The position numbers and the translations under genes were made by a program. The notes below the pieces were generated by a model, which saw only the letters and a list, made by a program, of their open reading frames with translations, was not told where the DNA came from and did no database searches. Positions 13,401-25,620 of a stretch of 64,000 nt of DNA are shown here, one piece after another. The DNA is from Raillietiella orientalis (lineage: Eukaryota). The DNA is taken from NCBI GenBank assembly GCA_036172245.1, contig JAYWIR010000035.1, forward strand, positions 1,860,001-1,924,000. The letters run 5' to 3'. The number at the start of each line of letters is the position of its first letter. Positions within the stretch are counted from its first letter, which is position 1.

Positions 13401-14295
13401 TGGTTCGTTCCGGAGCACGAGCTCCCTCCGCGCGGAAAACGGGGGTGGGGTGGGGCGGCAGCCCCTTCCCTTCCCCAGCCCGTCCTGTCTTCCCCTCTCT
13501 TTGCAGACCTCGCCCCAGAAGACGCGTGGCTGTTCGTGGGCATCTCGTGTGTCGTGGGGCTGGTCATCATCATGCTCGTCGTGGGAGCGGCGTGCCTCCG
13601 CCTCAAGCTGTAGGTCGACCACTCCCTCCCTCCGCCCATCCACCTCCTCCTCTCCCCCTCGGCGGGGGATCCCTAGGAGCAAGACGAAGAGCGATCGCCA
13701 CCATCCGGTCGGCCGCCTGCCGGCGCACCTACGCACCGAGCGGGCTCTCCTGGCCGCCTCGTCGGTGCCGGGGAACTCGAAGGCCCTCTGGGCGTCCCTG
13801 AGGACCTTGGACGGGCGGTACACGGTGGCCCACGCCCAGCCTGCGGCGACCAGCAGGAAGGCCGCCGGAGAGTACCCTGGGGGCAGCGGTGGTGGCCCCG
13901 ACAGGAAGGAGTTCCTGAGGGTGCTCGCCGCAGCCGCCGAGCGAGGCGGCGGCTGCGCGGACGGCCGCTGGCCGCTGCACCCCGAGGACCACCTCCGCCG
14001 ATGGAGGAGCAGCCCCGCTCCCCTGGTCGCCTCCCTCCGGAGGACCTCGTTGCGCGCAGGGAGCGAAGTGCAGACGAAAACCCTGCTGCTGGGGTGCCGC
14101 CCCCCCGGCGCGGCTCCGCCCCGCTACAGGCAGTTTGGGACCCCTCCCCCTCCCTACCGTCCTCCCCCTCCCCCTGCGCCTCCCCCCTCCGCTGCCGAGC
14201 CCGGGATCCCGAAGAGAGACCGTGGGAAGTTCGGCCAGTACTGCGACCCGCATCCCGTTGCCTACGGCAAGAAGGATGTCGCCCAGATCGTCTAG
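7496..14295 (+). CDS. Uncharacterised single-pass transmembrane protein with two Cys/Pro-rich extracellular motifs, a polyQ run and a Pro-rich PPxY tail (5' end unresolved)
   Basis: Phase-consistent exons with canonical splice sites: 7496-7669 (DWHDGDSGGCCGLASSIGPPPPMDIPPPPLPDFVLGWDDYENTCRR...), 11885-11949 (AAAADVFHECTDLLDQEDGWAD), 12968-13268 (VPRESLKMEQRQ9...CEVFRSCMLGPPPLPKVDIPPPPPVPPFL...CRMCQW), 13507-13609 (TM segment WLFVGISCVVGLVIIMLVVGAACL followed by basic RLK), 13677-14295 (...ALWASL...PPPPY...DVAQIV*). About 420 aa from the 7496 exon onward. Upstream phase-1 donors exist at 5101/5102 (G|gtgagt) and 7030/7031. Confidence 0.8.
13001..13027 (+). repeat. (CAG)9 polyglutamine-coding repeat
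   Basis: Nine perfect CAG codons, in frame within exon 12968-13268. Confidence 0.9.
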
Positions 14296-15599
14296 GCCCG
14301 CGAGGCCCACCCCTCTCCTCTCCTCCAGGGTGCAGGGCCGCTTACTACCCCCTCCTCCCTTCGCTGCCGCACCTGGAGCTCGCTCGAGGAAGCGGTGGCG
14401 CCCGCCCAGCCACCCCCCTGAGGCTGGTGGGCCCGCAGGAGGAAGCAGGATGCACCTCGGTGGTCCGTCCCTGTCCGTGGCGCGACCAACGCCGCCACCC
14501 AGATGCCCCTCTCCCCCCGATTAAAGCAGCCGCACGCCCACCCACGAGGTGTTTCTCCTTGCCCTTCCCTCCCGGAAGAGCGGAGGGACGCGCACGGGGA
14601 GCAGCACAGCAGGGGAGGGGGGGCTCCGCCGTAATACAGAGGTGCCCACCTTCCAGGAGCGTCCAACTCCAGGGCATGCAACGGCCCCCCAGCCGGGCGC
14701 GTGAGCAGCTGCCCGGAGCAGCAGCCGAAACCCACGCGGAGAGAGGCGATTGGGAGTCCCGAGCGGACTTTCCCTAGCCGGATTTCCCCAGGTGCGTCAA
14801 CTTTCCCAAGTGGAGCCCTCCGACGCGCCATCCTCCGACCCACCCCGCCTCGCATGGCCGTGCCGAAGAGCGCGCGCGTGTGCGCACGAGCATGGCCCCC
14901 CGGTCGCTCAGCACCCATTGTGCACGTACATTGGTGCACAATCCCCTTTCCCATTTCCAGCTTAAGTGCACGTGCGCACGGCCCACGCGAGTACATCCAC
15001 GCACAAGAGTCGGCTGCATACTGCGCGCCGCATAGACGCCGCTGCACACAGGCAGCGCACGCATGCGCAAGAGGCCTGCTCTCGGAGTGTGATCAGCGCC
15101 GGCAACTGCGCCACCCAGCGACGGAGGCGGGAAACGCGGTTCCACGTAGCGGCGGCCAACGAGGGTCTCCGGCCTTCATGCCTCCGGGACGCGTACGGAG
15201 TAGCAGCTGGCGTCGTTCGTTTCCACCTAGAAGTGCCTGTGGACGGTCAGGGATGGTCAACCATCCCTCCCTCCGTTTGACCACCCGTCTCGGAGAACGG
15301 CCATAAGCACGCGTCCCCTCGCCCTCGACCCTTTTCTCAGCAAGGGCATCGTCGCTTCCCACAAACTCATTCCGGCTCCAAGGCAAAGCTGCTCGCTCCG
15401 ATGGGGAGGGTAGGGAGGTGGAAGGGAAGCGGGTAAAGCAGGAAAGAAGATATGGCAGCGGATTGAGTTCTTAGCGCATCGGATCCTCGACATCACCCGC
15501 ATTGTTGCCTGGCAACGGACAAGGGAAGGGGAGTGGAAGATCCTCGTCACCCATGGTGCTACTAGGCGCACTCGATAGTCGACCACGATTTCGGCTGGA

Positions 15600-16400
15600 T
15601 GAAGATTTGGAAGACTTTGAAAGGAAGCGATGTGCGAATGCTAGGAAAGCAGGTTCAAGCATCCATCGGCTCCCACGTCCATCCCCATCCAGAGTCCCGT
15701 CCGCTCCTTGCCACTCCGGGAGGAGAGAATGCCAGTGACTCCGAAACCAGTCGGGATCTTGCAGAGTCCGTACGAATCATAGGGACAAGCAGCTCCGTAG
15801 AGGGGAGAACGGGAGGTACCAGTTTCCAGGATACGGGAACCCAAGACAGGGAAGGATGGGAAGGCTGGCAGAAACAGCACACCGCTGTGGTTCCTTCGCG
15901 CTGCTCTGCCGAAGCGCTTCGCTCTTGATGTAAGCCGAGTCCTCTGTGGGAAGGAAAGCAAAGCTGTTGGCGGCGTTTTGCTGCTCCCTATCGGCAAGCA
16001 GGAGAACCAGCCAACTCGATGAACTTTCGCCCTAGCATCGCTAGGGTTCCTCCACCTCATGGCCTCTGGAGGCAATCATAAAAGTTGGGGAAGAAGCCAA
16101 GGAAAGGAAAGGGAAGGAAGGTAATTCAGGCTTTCAGATGCGCCGCCAGAGTCTCAGAGAGCCTGGAAGAGATTCTTTCGAGAAGAGAGAAATCCTCCGC
16201 GCGATGCTCGGGACGTAACGCCTCTCTGTCCTCGTGGAGGGAGGTTCAGGCAGCAAGGAGGAGGAGGGGGAGCAGTGACTCCTGTTCGAGCATGAAAGGA
16301 GGCAAGTTCCTGGAATTTGTCCTTCCTCGAAGGAGGAAGCAGCAGATGAGAAGGTGGAAGTGGTTGAGAGTCGGCGACCGCCATCCCGCTACATGCGAGG
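15600..16400 (+). mobile_element. Decayed LINE (CR1/L2-like) APE endonuclease remnant
   Basis: Motif-like fragments in the expected order: RIIGTS (dIIgxsE-like), YQFPGY..DR (pGY..dR.GGG-like), GRNASLSSW (GDFN..W-like) and GGKFLEFV. Frames are broken. Confidence 0.4.
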
Positions 16401-19400
16401 CTGGCTGGAGAGCGCAGGAACGACAAAGCGCATCGGCGCAAGGGGGCGCAGCTTCCAACGATCGCGGGCGCCGCGCGCGGCGGAACGCTCTCGCCAGAGA
16501 CGTGACTAGTCCGGTGACCCTGGCAACCGCCAGATGGTAGTCGCTTTCTCGCTAAAATCGAAGAGACAAAGGCAGCCCAGCACTCTCCGCTTCCCAGGGC
16601 CCGCTCTTCTTGCCCTCGGGTCTCCTAGAGGAGGAAACCACCTAAAGACTCCAAGGAGCGAGGAAAGCTCACGCGCAAGTCCGCATGTGCTCAAAGGTGC
16701 GCATGGAGGCATCTACGAACAGATGCACTCACTCGGCTGGAGTGAGCGCACGTTGCACGCAGGTGTGAACGCACAGGCGTACACTCGCAGTCACTTGTGT
16801 ACGGACGAGTCCCCCGCAGTCGTCGATCCTCTGGGATTTCTCCGGTAGAACCCTCCCCTGGATCCTGAGGACTCAGACGTGAGAAGGCGGTCCGCGGACA
16901 AGCCGGGAGAGACCTACGGGATCTGCTTCGCCCGGATTGAGGAAGGGGGGAGGGGAGAGGTGAACCCCGCTTGGCTCTCGTTGCCCGCCGCGTCCAGGCC
17001 TCCTGCTAGGGCCGTCGGTCGATTCGCTCGGGGGACACCCGAGCGAATCGACCGACGATCCAAGCCTCCTCTTTATGCCAGCCCCGGAAAGGCAGGGCGA
17101 CATCGGCGCCAACGATCGATGAGAAGCCGTGCCGGGAGCCTCGATGGATCTGGCGGCGCTTCTAGCGACGACGGCCGAAAAGGGGAAGGCGGGAGGAGAT
17201 TTTCGGCCCTTCGCCGCAGCGCGCGCGACGCCCCCTGGTGGAGAGGGCGAGTTCCGCGACCCAGAGGCTGCTCCTCCAGGTTTCCTTGAGCGACCGGAGA
17301 CCCTCTCGCCTACGCATCTCCTCTTCCTGCCTCCTTCCGCTCACCGCCGGTGGGATCCAGAGAGGAAGAAGGCGTCCAGCTCCGGATAAGGTCAAGGTCG
17401 CCTCTCTCTTCCTGGAGAAAGCCTTTTCATCGGTCCTGGACTACTACTCTTGGGATCACGCCCTCTTTAGAGCACTCTGTCTGCCCTTCCTCCTCCCCCC
17501 CCCCTCTTGTTTTCCTCCCCCTCCTTCGTTCCGGGAAACTCCCGCGAGCTCCAGTAGCAGAGGAAAGGGGAAGCTGGGATTCTCTTGTGCGCACTTCTCC
17601 GTCGGCGAGAGAGTGGTCCAGCGATGGGCATCACCACCTGCCCAGCCACTTCCACTTTCCCGCAGCAAACGTGCGGGGAGGTGGAAGAAGGAAAAGAACT
17701 GCCACCTCTCTCCCCTCCACCAGCACCGCCATTTTGTAGCTCCCTCATCTCGAAGCGACAAGCGCCCCGCCGGTCAGAAGGTTCCGCTCTCCAGGAGAGC
17801 CCTGTGCCCCCCGGCGGACGGCTTCGCCGTGCCCTGTCTAGATTTCCTACCACCTGCCTGAGTCATGCCTGCCGACACGAGGGTCATCACCGAATTCCCT
17901 CGGTACGCTCCCCTGCCCTGAACCCTCTTGCTGGATTCCCGTGGGTGCGTATCCCGGCTGAGAAGTGGCTGGACCTGCAGAGGTTCGAGGGCTCTCCATC
18001 GCCAAAACTTCTGTTCCGCTCCAGTCAGCAATCCTCTGCCGCACCACCACCCCTCCTCCCCTCTGAGAGTAAGAGGGCCGCCACCTTCACTCCCTCCACG
18101 GTCCTTGGAAGACGCAGGTCTATCGAATCCTCCCTGAAACCCTCGAAAGACGCGTAGCGCTCCCAAGCCTCGTCGAGATGCCACTGGGAAGGTTGGTCAT
18201 GACCCTGCCAAAGGGCACGTCCTCTCGCACCCCGCACCCGACGGCGCCACAGCAGCAGAAGACAGGAATCTGAGTTGCAGAGATCCCCGGGGTAGGTGGT
18301 GCACCCTGCTCCCTGGTGAAGCCACGAGAGAACCTCCCGGGCCTCAAGGTGCAGTGGAAGTTCTCTCGCACCGGTAGCGATGCCAGGTGGTGCTGGTTTG
18401 GTGCAGCTGTCCCAACGTCTAGCAGGAGGCGACGGCTTCCCACCAGCTGAAGGAATCGGGAGATTCGTCCCAGCCTGCCTAGACTAGGAGGGCCGTCGAT
18501 GGGTCTCGAGAACGGCAAAGATGAGGCGCTTTCTTCACCACTTCCTCCCAGCAAAACCAGGAACGCCGTCGCGTCCAGCCCACCTTTCCAGAGACCTCTC
18601 CGTTTGCCGGGAGCGGCTCCGAAAGGGGCGTCGCAAGAAGGTTCCTTGTGCTCCAGACAGACGCGAAAAGTTCTGCGTCCATGCCTGCTCTTTCATCTGA
18701 GAATTCTCTGTTCAAAGTTCCGCCGAGCGATGGCTGGTGGCGAACGTGTACCAGCCACCGCTAGGTGGCAGCAGAGAGCGGAAGGAAAGAAAGCGTTCGA
18801 CGTGCCCAAGCGAGGAAGCCGCGGAGCGAATGAGCCCCACGTCAAAGAAGCGGCTTTTCCGGAATGCAAACCCTTTGCGTCTCGTACCAACGCTGGTACA
18901 TGCTCACTGGCCTCCTCCAAGCAATGTACCAGGCGCTGTGTAGGGAAAACGATGGGCCCCTTCAGAGCGAGCTTTATGATCTTTCCCCTAAGGGCCTGTG
19001 AGACCTTTTTTCCCCTTCCTCTCCTCGCCAAAAGATGCGCGCAGAAGTTCGTCTGTGAACATCTGTTGATGCCTCGGTGCTCCAGTTCGCCTTGTTTCTC
19101 GTTGCCTTGGAGACGAGGTCTTTCCCTTCGGAAAAAGAAAAGCCGTCTCTGGAAGCGGAGCGAACGGGGATGCGTCCACTGCAGCCCGCAACCGGCTGCT
19201 TTCGTCTTCCCAAGTTACCGAGCGAGCTTGTCTCACTGGGACACGCTCGCGTGGTCTCACACGTGGTCTCACCATTATCCGGAACTCTCCCCCACTTGAG
19301 AAGTCATCCATCTTCTGATAAGGTCCGGTTTATCTCTTTCCAGAAAAAAACAAAACAAAAACAAAGTCCCTTCCTTCTTTCTCCCTCCTGCGTTCGGACG

Positions 19401-20399
19401 CTCCCACTTTTCTGCGACGCGTCTTCCGGAGAACAGCAGCCTCCTCATTTCGGCGCTTCCAGGTTTCCGCCACTTCAGGGACTCCACAGAGGTGCACGCT
19501 CGGCGCGTGCTTCCGTCACTGGAGATACACCTACGGTTGCAAAGTTCCAATGGGGAACGGAGGTTCCTCGCATCTGCCGCAACCAGGAAACGCGATAAAC
19601 AAAAGGAAATTCTCTTTCTCTTCCCGGAAGCTCCCCAAGCATCTCCTGAATATCTACTCTGAAGCATTCCGCGCTGCCGACCAAGACCGATGGGCCGGTC
19701 TCGAGGTCAACTCAACCGCAAACTCGGATCCGCCCACGGAATTCTGGTCTCCTACGATTGGGAACATTTGGGTCGATCGAAAACGCGGACATGCATTCCC
19801 ATTCCCCAGTGGGGAAGAAAGCGAGGGAAAAAAAGAAAAAGAAAAAGCGTAAATCCACGTCTGCATCGTTCGTTTGGAAAGGTGTCTGCCGGATGCAGAG
19901 ACTCTGGAGCATCCATGATCCAAGGGAACGGGATTCGTTCAGTATCACAAGAGAGAGGGTTTCTCGCTACCAAGGATGGGGTGCTACCCACTAGGGAAAG
20001 GGAACGTGAAAGTTCCATTCCTCTGCATTCCTCCCTTTGGATTCTTCCTCCTGAACGCGCTCCATCTTGCGATGCGGGGAAGTGGCCCCGCGCTCGGCAT
20101 CCTCGTTAGGTAGAGAGCCATATTCTTCTGAAGGGATTCTAGAGTTTGATCCATTCCTCGCTTCCGTTCTTGGTTGCTGCTCATCCTGCTAGACAGCATC
20201 CAGCATCTCCTATGCTCCCAGCACCTCTTGGTGACGGTGACCATGCAGAAAGTTCGTCTCGGTTTCGCCGCTCTCCGGCGCTCCACTGTCTCCCCTTCCA
20301 GCCCCATCCTGTAAGGACGCTCACCTCTCCCTGAGAGAAGTGCTCATGGAACGTCAGGAGTAGGATTTCCCTCGTTCTGGAAGACGGCTGCAAGCGCGC

Positions 20400-21700
20400 G
20401 CCTTGTCTTCCCTCTATCCTTTGCTGAGTGAGAGCATTCCTTCTCCATACAGCCGCATGCTGGTTCTCCAGTCCTTTGGAAGAGCAGTCAGATCCTCCAG
20501 AGCATGGGCAGAGAAGAAATCAAGCACTCCTCACCTGCTGCCTTCCGGCAGTTGCCAAGGGAACCGCTGCTGCCTTCTGCACTAGAAGAGAGTTGAGAGG
20601 TTACTTCTGTTGGGCAGTCCTGTCTCAAAAGTCCTCTAGGATTTCACTGACAACACTCGACTGGCTGACCTGGTGAGTTCTCCCAGTTTCTCTTTGCGCT
20701 GAGAGACTTTTGAAGAGCTGCGGAGGCAACGGTTGCTGCTGAATGCAACAGTTCTCCCTCCCTCTTTCTTAATCCTTCCACTTCACCTTTACCTGTGAGT
20801 AGAGAAGCCTCGGGAGTGAGGCGAGACATCTGGGGAAAGGTGGTTCTTGGAGGAGGATCCAAGAAGTTCCACGTGAGGCGAAACAGGTGGAATCGGGAAA
20901 AATTGTCCCTTCCCCCGTCATTCCTTTTCTAGATCGTCTTCAGGTTGCCTCATTCTGTGCCCTGCACTCCCTTGGATCTGCTGCAGCAACGCTCTGACGT
21001 GGTTCTCTGTCTGGAAACATCCGTGCTGCCTCTTGAACCTAGCCAACTCCAGTCTAATGATCTTGCTGGAACCGCAGCGTCTGTACCTTGACCAGGAAAT
21101 AGAAAGCGCTGCTGCCTTCTCGGGAAGCATAGCAGTGGCACCTCGACTTCCAGCTGCTATGTTGTTTCTCTTGGAGGAGCTGCATCGGCGGTCTGTGTTA
21201 GATTTGAAGGTGGAAAATGCGGGTGGCTGGAGGCAAGGGACTTCCCTTGCCTTCAGCCACCGGTCCTGCAGCTCTTCGTGTTTCCCTGGCACGCGAATTT
21301 CTCTTCTCGCATCAATAACTGCTAAAAATACCACCCGGATTCTCTTCCGACTCCCTGATCTCGGTGACGTGGCACAGCCTCCGGTTCTTCCAACTTAAGA
21401 CTTCTCGTCGCCCCAGAGCTCACTCTGGATACAGCGAACCAGGTGAAAGATTTTTTGCCCTGTATACATTGCTCGTCCCCCTTCCCCTTCTCTCCGAGTG
21501 CTCATCGATAGCACTGGAAGACGCAAGATGGAAAAAGAGGAAGATGCATCGAGGACCGGTCCTTCGCGTCTCCCGAAGGGCTGCCCACCACAGTCAGAGA
21601 GGTTGGATGATTCCCAGCAGTAAGATCTCCTCGATCCTGGGATCCGGGCATTGGTGATGAAGCACCCAGGCAGCTGAAAAGCCCCCGAGGATAGGCGGCT
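20400..21700 (-). mobile_element. Decayed LINE reverse transcriptase remnant
   Basis: Minus-strand fragments in RT order: PG..GDLTA (PGpDGl-like), QPPAFSTFKSNTD (QxGFR..STxD-like), MLPEKA (lDxxKAFD-like), and a degenerate GVxQG/P region near 20900-20935. No intact ORF. Confidence 0.35.
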
Positions 21701-24700
21701 CACATCAAGGCAGAAATGCAGGAGACAGCGCTCAAGTTCGCAGTGCTCCCATGGCGTGTGGAGGAAGCGCAGACCGGATCACCATCGTCTGTGGTCGGAA
21801 AGCTACGAAAGAGGGAGGAAGAGTCGCCAGCACCCTTGTGATCCTCTCCTGTTCGAAGAATTACGAAGGGGAGGAGTGTGCGCTGCACTCCTGGACACCG
21901 CAGAGGAATTTCACGCTCCCTTTTCCAGCCTGTCGAGTGGACCATCACCGGAGGCTGCGAGGCTGCGCACGGAGTCGTCCGGAGTGCCCGCCCCCGCGTC
22001 ACCGACAGTCCGCTCCTCAGGACGGCAGCTTGAGGGGCGGGTTGCCGCACGGGACGACCTAACGCAAGGCGCTCGCGTCTTGGTCATTTCGCGCTGGATG
22101 CGACCCAGCGTAGGGCGGGAGAGCCCTCCCCCAGGAATTCCCGCTCCCCGTCGGCGAGGATCTCCTGGTTCGCCAGCTCTCCTGCTGCTCCGGTAGGGCA
22201 CGGGAAGAGACCCGCCATTTGGGGCCGACAAGCCCTGTCGCCGGCGGCGTAGGGTTTCGCTCGCCTCGGCAGAGCAGATTCGACGTCGGCGCTCCGGGAG
22301 ACGCAGCTTCCGCTGGTCGAAGGCCCCCTAGCGGTAATCGCTGTCTTCCTTCCTCCGAAGGAGGGTACCGCCATTACGGGGAAGGGAGAGCGTGGAAGGG
22401 AGTGCGCGCTTCCCCCGTCTCGGCCAGCAGGAAAAGGTGAACCTTCCCTCCCTCTCCTCGCCCGTATCCTGGCTCGGAGGGCGTGCTCCACCTCGAATGG
22501 AACGCGGAGGATGACCCGCTCCATCGGGAGGTTCTGTCCAGCCCTCGCGGCGCCAGCGCCGTCTCCCAGGTGTGGTGCCAGTGAGGCGCCACCTTCCTGG
22601 GTCTGGCCGATGTCTCGTGGCGCCCAGGACGACTTCGGGAGTCCGAACGGGAGGGAGCAACCCTTGCGGAAGTGTCGACGGAGAGTCGCCGCTCCCGGAG
22701 AGGCCGATTTCACCTGAGGGACGACTGGTGCAAAGTTTCTCGGGGGGGGGGGGGGGGGCATCACAGCAAACAAAGAGCGAAGAAAACGCGGCTCGGCCAA
22801 GAGGGACGCGGCGTGCAGTGGACTCCGCGAGCAGGGAAAGGAGACCCTGTCGGTCCCTTTCCCTGACCCCCTCCCCCCTGGGATGAGACGGCGCCGTCCG
22901 GCGCGGTCACTCACCAGGCGGCTGCCGCTCTCGCGCTCTCAAGGGCGGAAAACACACTCCAAGGCCTCAGCACCGGCCGATCACACCGCTCGCGGCCATA
23001 GGGCTCTGACACCGCCACGGTCCCGCAAGAACTCTTGCGCAGCGCGGATGGCCGACAGCGACCTTCCAGCAAGGTGGGAGCTGTCCTGCTGCATTGCAAC
23101 AAGAAACTTTCGGGTGTGTGGACAACTCGGGAAGTGACAACTCAGCTCCTCGTGGAAGTGAAAACTCAGATCCCACTAGGACTTCTACGTTGAGGCGAGC
23201 TGCTCGCCACCCTTCCGGAGGACATCGAATGGCCCCCCGGCGTGCTGGAACAGTGGCGACCTCCCCCTCAAGTGGCGGAGGGTGGCGTCGCTGGTCTTGC
23301 ATTTGCGAATCCCGTGCAAAGCGCGCCTTCACCGTTTGACATGGGGGAGTGTGGATGGTAACTGCGACAGGAGCATGGAGAGAGCGACCCTTCCGACTGT
23401 GCGGCCTTCCGACTCCTTTGGGATCGCCTAGTGACGACCCCGGCGGTCGTCCTTTCCGTGCGCGCCATCACGCTGCCTTCAGTCGCATCCCTTACAGTTC
23501 TCCACGGTGCTCGCGGCGGCGGGATCGTGGTGACCTGGAACGCAAGAAGGAGAGGCCCAGATGGAAAGGATGTCATCCACTGGAGGAAAATCCTTTCGAA
23601 GACCACCGTGAGATGGCCCCACCTGGGCAGCATCCGGAGCGAACTTGCCAACAGGACCACGTCCAGGATGCAGGGGACGCCTCGCAGCGAGCGGGTGATC
23701 CCTTCGTCGACTTGCCCCTTCCCGAACTTTCCCACTCCTTTTTTTGTTTGTTCCCTTTTTGTTTTCGGTTTCCCTTCCCCTTCCCCTTAGCTGTTAGCCT
23801 AGCCGGTCGGCGCGCTAGCATCCGGCAGGTACGATGCGATCTGTTCCAGTACGTTCTGGAGCCACATATTGTACCAAAACTTGTAATGAAAGTATGCCAA
23901 ATTATGTATATTTCTGATTTGTATAATGAATGCCACGACAAAGCCAGGTGAAAAAGCTGGCCCTCGACCAGGGACGGCTTGAGGATGGGAGGCCGCCGCC
24001 GGCCCCTTGTCGAACAGGGAGCAAGTCACCACCTTTCCGACCACCTCGCTCCGGGTCCCAGCTGACGGAGTAGGGCGCACCGTGGGGGGGTCACGGAGCG
24101 AGAAGAATGGCGGTCGCTTCGGAGGGGCGAGAACCGGCTCGCCTCCGCCATCGCCTGGAAACTCTCCCGACCCTTGCTGTGGGGCGATCCCAGGAAGACT
24201 CCAGAGTTCGGCTGCAGCGGCTCCCGGGTCAGCTGGACCCCGGGGAGGAGGAAAGCCGTGAGGGACGTCGTGTCGGGACTCCTGAGCTGCAACCTCGATG
24301 ATTTCCTGCCTCCTCCACTTGCGGAGTCCCGGGGAAACTCTTCCAGGAGGGCCGAGAGGTCGCTGGACCCCCGGCAAGAACCCTGAATAGGAAGATTGGG
24401 AGGCGGTGTTCTCGCGCGTTCCTGGGCTCCTCTTCCTCTGCCTTTGACCACAAGACTCTTCCCTTCCGACTTGACTTCCTTCTTACTCAGGGATCTCTTC
24501 CCCATCTCTACTCCCCAGTTCCTTGCGACCGGTGGCCCGGACGACAGCATTTTCGACCTCCTCGTCTCGCCACTCCGGATCCCTCACCCTACGGGGAGAC
24601 CCCTCTTGGGTTAGGAACCCAAGGGCGGAGATGCCCCCGGCGTCCAGAAACGACCTCGAGGAGAGGCGGTCGAGGGCTGGAGCTCCTCCCCGAAGGGGCG

Positions 24701-24779
24701 GTGCCACCCTCCCCTTCTGGCTCTGACATGACAGAAGAGAAAGTCTTCAAGCATCAGTGGCTCCGGAGCGGTTTCAGGT

Positions 24780-25620
24780 TGGCTAGTGAGATTTAATAAG
24801 AAGCGCAGCGTAACCTGGGAAACGTGGAACCGCCGAGGTGACGAGAATCCGTTCAGCTGAGTCCAGGGGAGGAGGAGCTGGAGACCGCAAGCAGGTGGAG
24901 GGAGATATTGCCTCAGTCGCCCGGGGCCACGGGGCAGACGGCGCCTCCTCTGCGTCTCTTCCCCTCCTTCCGAAGACCCGTCGATCCCGCACCGTTGAGC
25001 AAGCGCTGAGCTTCCATCCTGAAAACCTCGGCCGAGAGATAGGAGGATGAGGCGTAGAGCTTCCCAGCGGGGGCGCACCTCTGATCCAGAATCGTCGCGC
25101 CCCTCGGGTTGTTTTCCGCCCTTCAGCGCCCAACAGCAGCAGCCGCCCGGTGAGCGGCCGAGCTGGCCAGCGCTGTCGCATCCCATTTTGCCCTTTAGCG
25201 CGTTTCTTGGAGTTTTTCCGATGGCTCCTCGTGTGTTGCCGGTGGAAAAGAGGGAGGAGGAGGAGGGGTGCGCATCACTGGAGCTTCATCCTGTAGCCGT
25301 GAGCGCCTCGTTGCCACGGTTGCATCTTCGCCGCAACGCTCGGCGTGTTGCATCTGCTTGATGTGGGCGTCCTTGGAATGCCCGCATGCGCGTCCAGAGG
25401 GAGACTCCAGCAATCGCAGATGTCAGGGGGGAGGGGTGCGGTCCGGAATTGGGTGCGCAGGTCTCGGCAGACGCCTCACCTCGATCGAGAGCAAGCCCCT
25501 AGGCGAGGAGTGGCGCGGCATCTCGTAGAGAACTCTCGAACCTGAGCTACTGCAAACCGTTGCTAGGTACTGAGCGGACCGAACGTTCGCCAGTTTTCTT
25601 TGCTTGCCATCTCGAACACC
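24780..25620 (+). mobile_element. Decayed RTE-type LINE reverse transcriptase remnant
   Basis: EILPQS (24902-24919; RTE ILPESQxGFR-like), VRNWVRR (VxNGVKQG-like) and RELSNLS (GKLFNL-like), in colinear order but frameshifted. Confidence 0.3.

Noticed and set aside
13093..14777. Open alternative frames across the membrane-protein exons (a 400-aa unspliced ORF and a shifted frame open to 14777)
   Set aside because: High GC3 suppresses stops in shifted frames; no independent evidence for dual coding.
23884..23920. SECIS-like ATGA...AAA...TGA hairpin
   Set aside because: The stem between the quartet and the AAA is only ~8 bp (11-12 expected), and no UGA-containing selenoprotein ORF is seen upstream.
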